Shown: in pieces, positions 60,323 to 64,000 of the stretch
How positions within the stretch are numbered: the stretch's first letter is position 1
Layout of the letters: the number at the start of each line of letters is the position of its first letter
Origin: Gekko japonicus
Taxonomy: Eukaryota
Assembly (NCBI RefSeq): GCF_001447785.1
Contig: NW_015169845.1
Span: 118,872 to 182,871 of the forward strand
Length of the DNA stretch: 64,000 nt
Direction of reading: 5' to 3'
Made by a program: the position numbers and the translations under genes
The notes under the pieces: generated by a model
What the model saw: the letters and a program-made list of their open reading frames with translations, nothing else
Database searches by the model: none
Told to the model about the DNA's origin: nothing

Positions 60323-61066
60323 TTAAGAACATAAGAACATAAGAGACGCCAATGTTGGATCAGGCCAAAGGCCCATCCAGTCCAACACTCTGTGTCACAC
60401 AGTGGCCAGAAATACCAGTGCCATCAGGAGGTCCAGCAGTGGGGCCAGGACATTAGAAGCCCTCCCACTGTTGACCCCCCCAAGCACCAAGAAGACAGAG
60501 CATCACTTGCCTCAGAGCCCCTAGCTATACCTTGTGGCTAATAGCCACTGATGGACCTCTGCTCCATATGCCTATCTAATTCCCTTTTGAAGAAGTCCAT
60601 GCTTGTAGCCGCCACCACTTCCTGTGGCAGTGAATTCCAAGTGTTAATCACTCTTTGGGTGAAGAAGTACTTCCTTTTATCCGTTCTAACCCGACCGCTC
60701 TGCAGTTTCATGGAGTGCCCACGAGTTCTTGTATTGTGAGAAAGGGAGAAAAGTACCTCTTTCTCTACCTGCTCTTTCCCATGCATAATCTTATAAACCT
60801 CGATCATGTCGCCCCTCAGTCATCGTTTCGCCAAGCTAAAGAGCCCTAAGCGCTTTAAACTTTCCTCATAGGGAAAGTGTTCCAACCCCTTTATCATTCG
60901 AGTTGCCCTTTTCTGCACTTTTTCCAGTGCTATAATATCCTTTTTAAGGTGTGGTGACCAGAACTGCAGACAGTATTCCAAATGAGGTCTCACCATTGAT
61001 TTATATAGGGGCATTATGATACTGGCTGATCTGTTTTCAATACCCTTCCTAATAATCCCCAGCATA
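60323..61066 (-). mobile_element. CR1 LINE 3' fragment
   Basis: [33 protein letters not shown]..; (AAGAACAT)n tail on the + strand. Confidence 0.92.
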
Positions 61067-61385
61067 GCATAGTTGGTCTCTAAAGTGCAACTGAACTTGA
61101 ATCTGAAACTATCTTTATTATGGTTGATACTCACCTTGGAAGAAAGCTCTATGTGTGTGTGTATACACATGATACATGTGTGGAGGTCTCCAGGCGTTTC
61201 TACCCAAAGCCAAACCCAAATAACATGGTCAGGAAAGGCTCTGGGAACCATGACCAGTCAGAGCAGACAGGAGTGGAATGGGTGGCCTAGGGGTCTGATT
61301 CAGTCTAGGGCACCTTCATGGGAGTCCCCTGTGGAGAGCAAATGTCCTTGCTCATGTGACAGTTCTGCTGCCCTACAGAATATTC

Positions 61386-61665
61386 AGGGCACTTCTGCAC
61401 ACACTAAATTACGCACTTCGAAACCACTTCCAATGCACTTTGCAACTGGATTTTCAGGGCACTTTCGCACACACTAAATTATGCACTTCCAATCCACTTT
61501 CAATGCACTTTGCAACTGGATTCCACTGTGTGAAATGGCAAAATCCTGAATTATGCACTTCCAATCCACTTTCAATGCACTTTGCAACTGGATTTCACTG
61601 TGTGAAATGGCAAAATCCACTTGCAAATGGCTGCTGTAGTGGATTATTTTGTATGTGTGTTCATA
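61386..61665. mobile_element. Harbinger-like MITE with internal tandem duplications
   Basis: Same family as 11434; AATGCACTTTGCAACTGGATT unit present three times. Confidence 0.65.
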
Positions 61666-61883
61666 CAGGGCAGATTAGGTGGGAAAGTTCTTAAATTCTA
61701 AACAAGAATGTAAATGGATGCACATAATAAAGAATGAGGTATGTCAAAACATAAATACTGCTGTGGTTTTACCTCAGTTGATGTATCTGGCCAATAAAAA
61801 CTAGAGGACACTTTTATCTCTTCTTTCCGTTTAACATTTCTTTTTTTCTCCAAGGGGAAGCCCAGTCTAGAACACTGTAACTC

Positions 61884-62624
61884 ATGTCCACAGCTTTCGA
61901 TAGGAACAAGATCACTGAGCGATCATCCAATATGAAAACGGAGGGGCAGAGTGCTGCGATAGTCTTCCAGCCAGGGAGCATGGGGGAATTCCTTCAGAGG
62001 AGAGTGGGAGATCTGATCCCTCAGCAGGCGAGGGATGGTTCCCTTTCCCTCACCCAGTGGGAAAACCAGTGGCGGGGGTTCCTTAGGACATTGGAGCCTC
62101 CTCAGTCTCGATGGGGGATCCCTCCCTTGCCAGAGAAATCTTCACCCTGGCATGACACCAAGGCCTTTCTGGCCTCCTTTGAGCAAGTGGCCGAAGCCTG
62201 TCAGTGGTCTGAGGAAGAGCGAGTGAACCGTCTCCTCCCAGCCCTCAGTGGAGAAGCTGAGGAGGCCTATATCAGCCTGGATATCGGAGACAGAGAGGAT
62301 TATGGGAAGGTGAAAGCATCCATTCTGCGAAGGGACGCGATGAGCAGAGAGAAGCAGCGTGAAGAGTTCAGGCGTTTCTGCTACCAGGAGGCCGAGGGCC
62401 CGAGGGGGGCTTACATCCGACTGTGGGAAATGTGCCGCGGGTGGCTGAGAGTGGAGAATCACAGCAAGGAGCAGATCCTGGAGCTCTTGGTCCTGGAGCA
62501 GTTGCTGAGCATCCTCCCTCCGGAGATCCGGAGCCAAGTGAGGGAGAGCGGCCCCGACAGCTGCTCCCAGGCGGTGGCCCTGGCTGAGGAGTGCCTCTTA
62601 AGACAGCAAGAGGTCGAGGAGCAG
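61884..62624 (+). CDS. Gene E extended-SCAN exon (Gag capsid-like N-terminal extension plus SCAN, 247 codons)
   Basis: DTKAFLASFEQVAEACQW..RLLPALSGEAEEAY..DYGKVKASIL..FRRFCYQEAEGPR..KEQILELLVLEQLL; acceptor at 61854, donor gtgagg. Confidence 0.93.
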
Positions 62625-63271
62625 GTGAGGCCCTTCTCCTGGGTGGGTCCTGAGTGAGAGGGAGCCTGCGGTAGAACAGGCAGCTGAGATCTCTGAAGGA
62701 AAATGTGAAGGGTCTTTGGCCCTCCTTCCCTGGAAGCTCAATCCAGAGAAGGCTGAGGTGGTATGGGAAAAGCAGTATCTCTCGGACAAGGAGGAAGGCG
62801 GTGCGTTTCCTTGGATGGGGTCCACCTGCCCCGAAAGAACAGGGCCTTAGATTGTATTGTACTGTCGTTTTTGGAGGAAGTTTGGTGGCCTTGGTAGGGT
62901 TACCAACCTCCAGGTGAGGCCTGGTGATCTCCCAGTATTACTGCTCTCCAGATGACAGAGATCAGTTCCCCTGGAGAAAATGGCCAGTTTGGAGGGTGGA
63001 GTCTCTGGCATTGTAGCCTGCTGAGGGTCCAACCCAGGCTCCACCCCACCCACCCCCAAGTCTCCAGGTATTTCCCCACCCAGAGCTGGCAACCCTACGA
63101 GGAGGGTTTTAACCAAACAGACAAACAGACTGCAGCATTTGTGAGCTGCCCTGCCGGATCTCTCCTTCTTCATGGGTCATCTTGTGGATCATGCAGAGTC
63201 CTAGTTCCGTTTTCTTTGCTTGGTTTTAAAACACCACCCTCCCCCTCAAAAGGCAGCTTCTCAAAGATAAT

Positions 63272-63540
63272 AACATAAGAGAAGCCGTGTTGGATCAGGC
63301 CAGTGGGCCCCCCCCAGTCCATCACTGTGTCACACAGTGGCCAAAACCCAGGTGCCACCAGGGGTCCCCCAGCAGGCCCAGAATTCCAGAAGGCCTCCCA
63401 ATGTTGTCCCTCCCCAAGCACCAAGAACAGAGAGCGTCACTTGCCCCAGACAGAGTGTTCCATCTGTACCTTCCGGCTAATAGCCTCTGATGGACCTCTG
63501 CTCCATAGGTTTATCCAATCCCCACTTGAAGCTGTATGCT
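63272..63540 (-). mobile_element. CR1 3' end
   Basis: Matches the 3' UTR of the other CR1 copies. Confidence 0.75.
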
Positions 63541-63594
63541 CCTTAAGGATCCTGTGTCATGATCTGTCCCTCTTATGTAGCGATGGAACTGCTA

Positions 63595-63843
63595 AGATTT
63601 ACACCCGCCCTTCACTCGGAGCCTCAGAGCGGCTTACAAACTCCCTTCCCCTCCCCACAACAGACACCCTGTGAGGTAGGTGGGGCTGAGAGAGCTCTGA
63701 GAGAATGGCTCCTTCAAGAACAGCTCTGACAGAACTACGGCTTGCCCAAGGTCACACAGCAGCTGCAAGTGGAGAAGTGGGGAATCAAACCTGGTTCTCC
63801 CAGATTAGAGTCTGCGCTCTTAACGACTACACCAAACTGGCTA
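63595..63843 (-). mobile_element. tRNA-headed SINE
   Basis: Same family as 20011-20294. Confidence 0.8.
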
Positions 63844-63935
63844 AGTTTAGAGAAAGGGACAGAACCAGCCCCTCAGTCTCCCCCCCCCCCAGTTGTGTGT
63901 CTCTCCCCTGACAGGTTTCCTCTCTGCTGCTGCAG

Positions 63936-64000
63936 GCACCCTTAGAGGAAGCGGCTGGGAGTGTTTCTGAGGGAGGCCAGGATCCCTCTGAAGGGGAGTG
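63936..64000 (+). CDS. Probable gene E exon 2, partial (APLEEAAGSVSEGGQDPSEGE..)
   Basis: Two in-frame acceptors (63914, 63935); peptide resembles the post-SCAN exons of A, B and D; truncated by the window end. Confidence 0.6.

Overview
Vertebrate genomic DNA, most likely a squamate reptile and probably a gecko. This is inferred from the repeat content: Sauria SINEs, BovB/RTE, CR1, L2, Penelope-derived repeats and extended SCAN domains. The window is part of a SCAN/KRAB C2H2 zinc-finger gene cluster with five loci. A (minus, about 2.4-5.8 kb) is a SCAN-KRAB gene with a tandemly duplicated SCAN exon; its finger exon would lie left of the window. B (minus, 16601-26578) is a complete 5-coding-exon SCAN-KRAB-ZNF gene of about 968 aa. 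C (minus, about 30.9-33.2 kb) is a broken paralog. D (plus, 42302-49493) is a 3-coding-exon SCAN-ZNF gene of about 738 aa with a 127-bp KRAB-sized but degenerate exon. E (plus, from 61884) has an extended SCAN that keeps the Gypsy Gag capsid-like N-terminal helices and runs off the right end. A, B and C are segmental paralogs, so they act as empty-site controls for many TE insertions. The most interesting observations are: a possible in-frame double-SCAN protein; three stages of capsid erosion in neighbouring genes; a decayed duplicate terminal exon that could give a finger-less SCAN-KRAB isoform; visible zinc-finger birth and death; and several hammerhead-ribozyme relics in Penelope-like fragments. 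There are three assembly gaps, so some near-identical duplications may be artefacts. All exon models come from reading splice signals by eye, and TE family names are by recall rather than database search.
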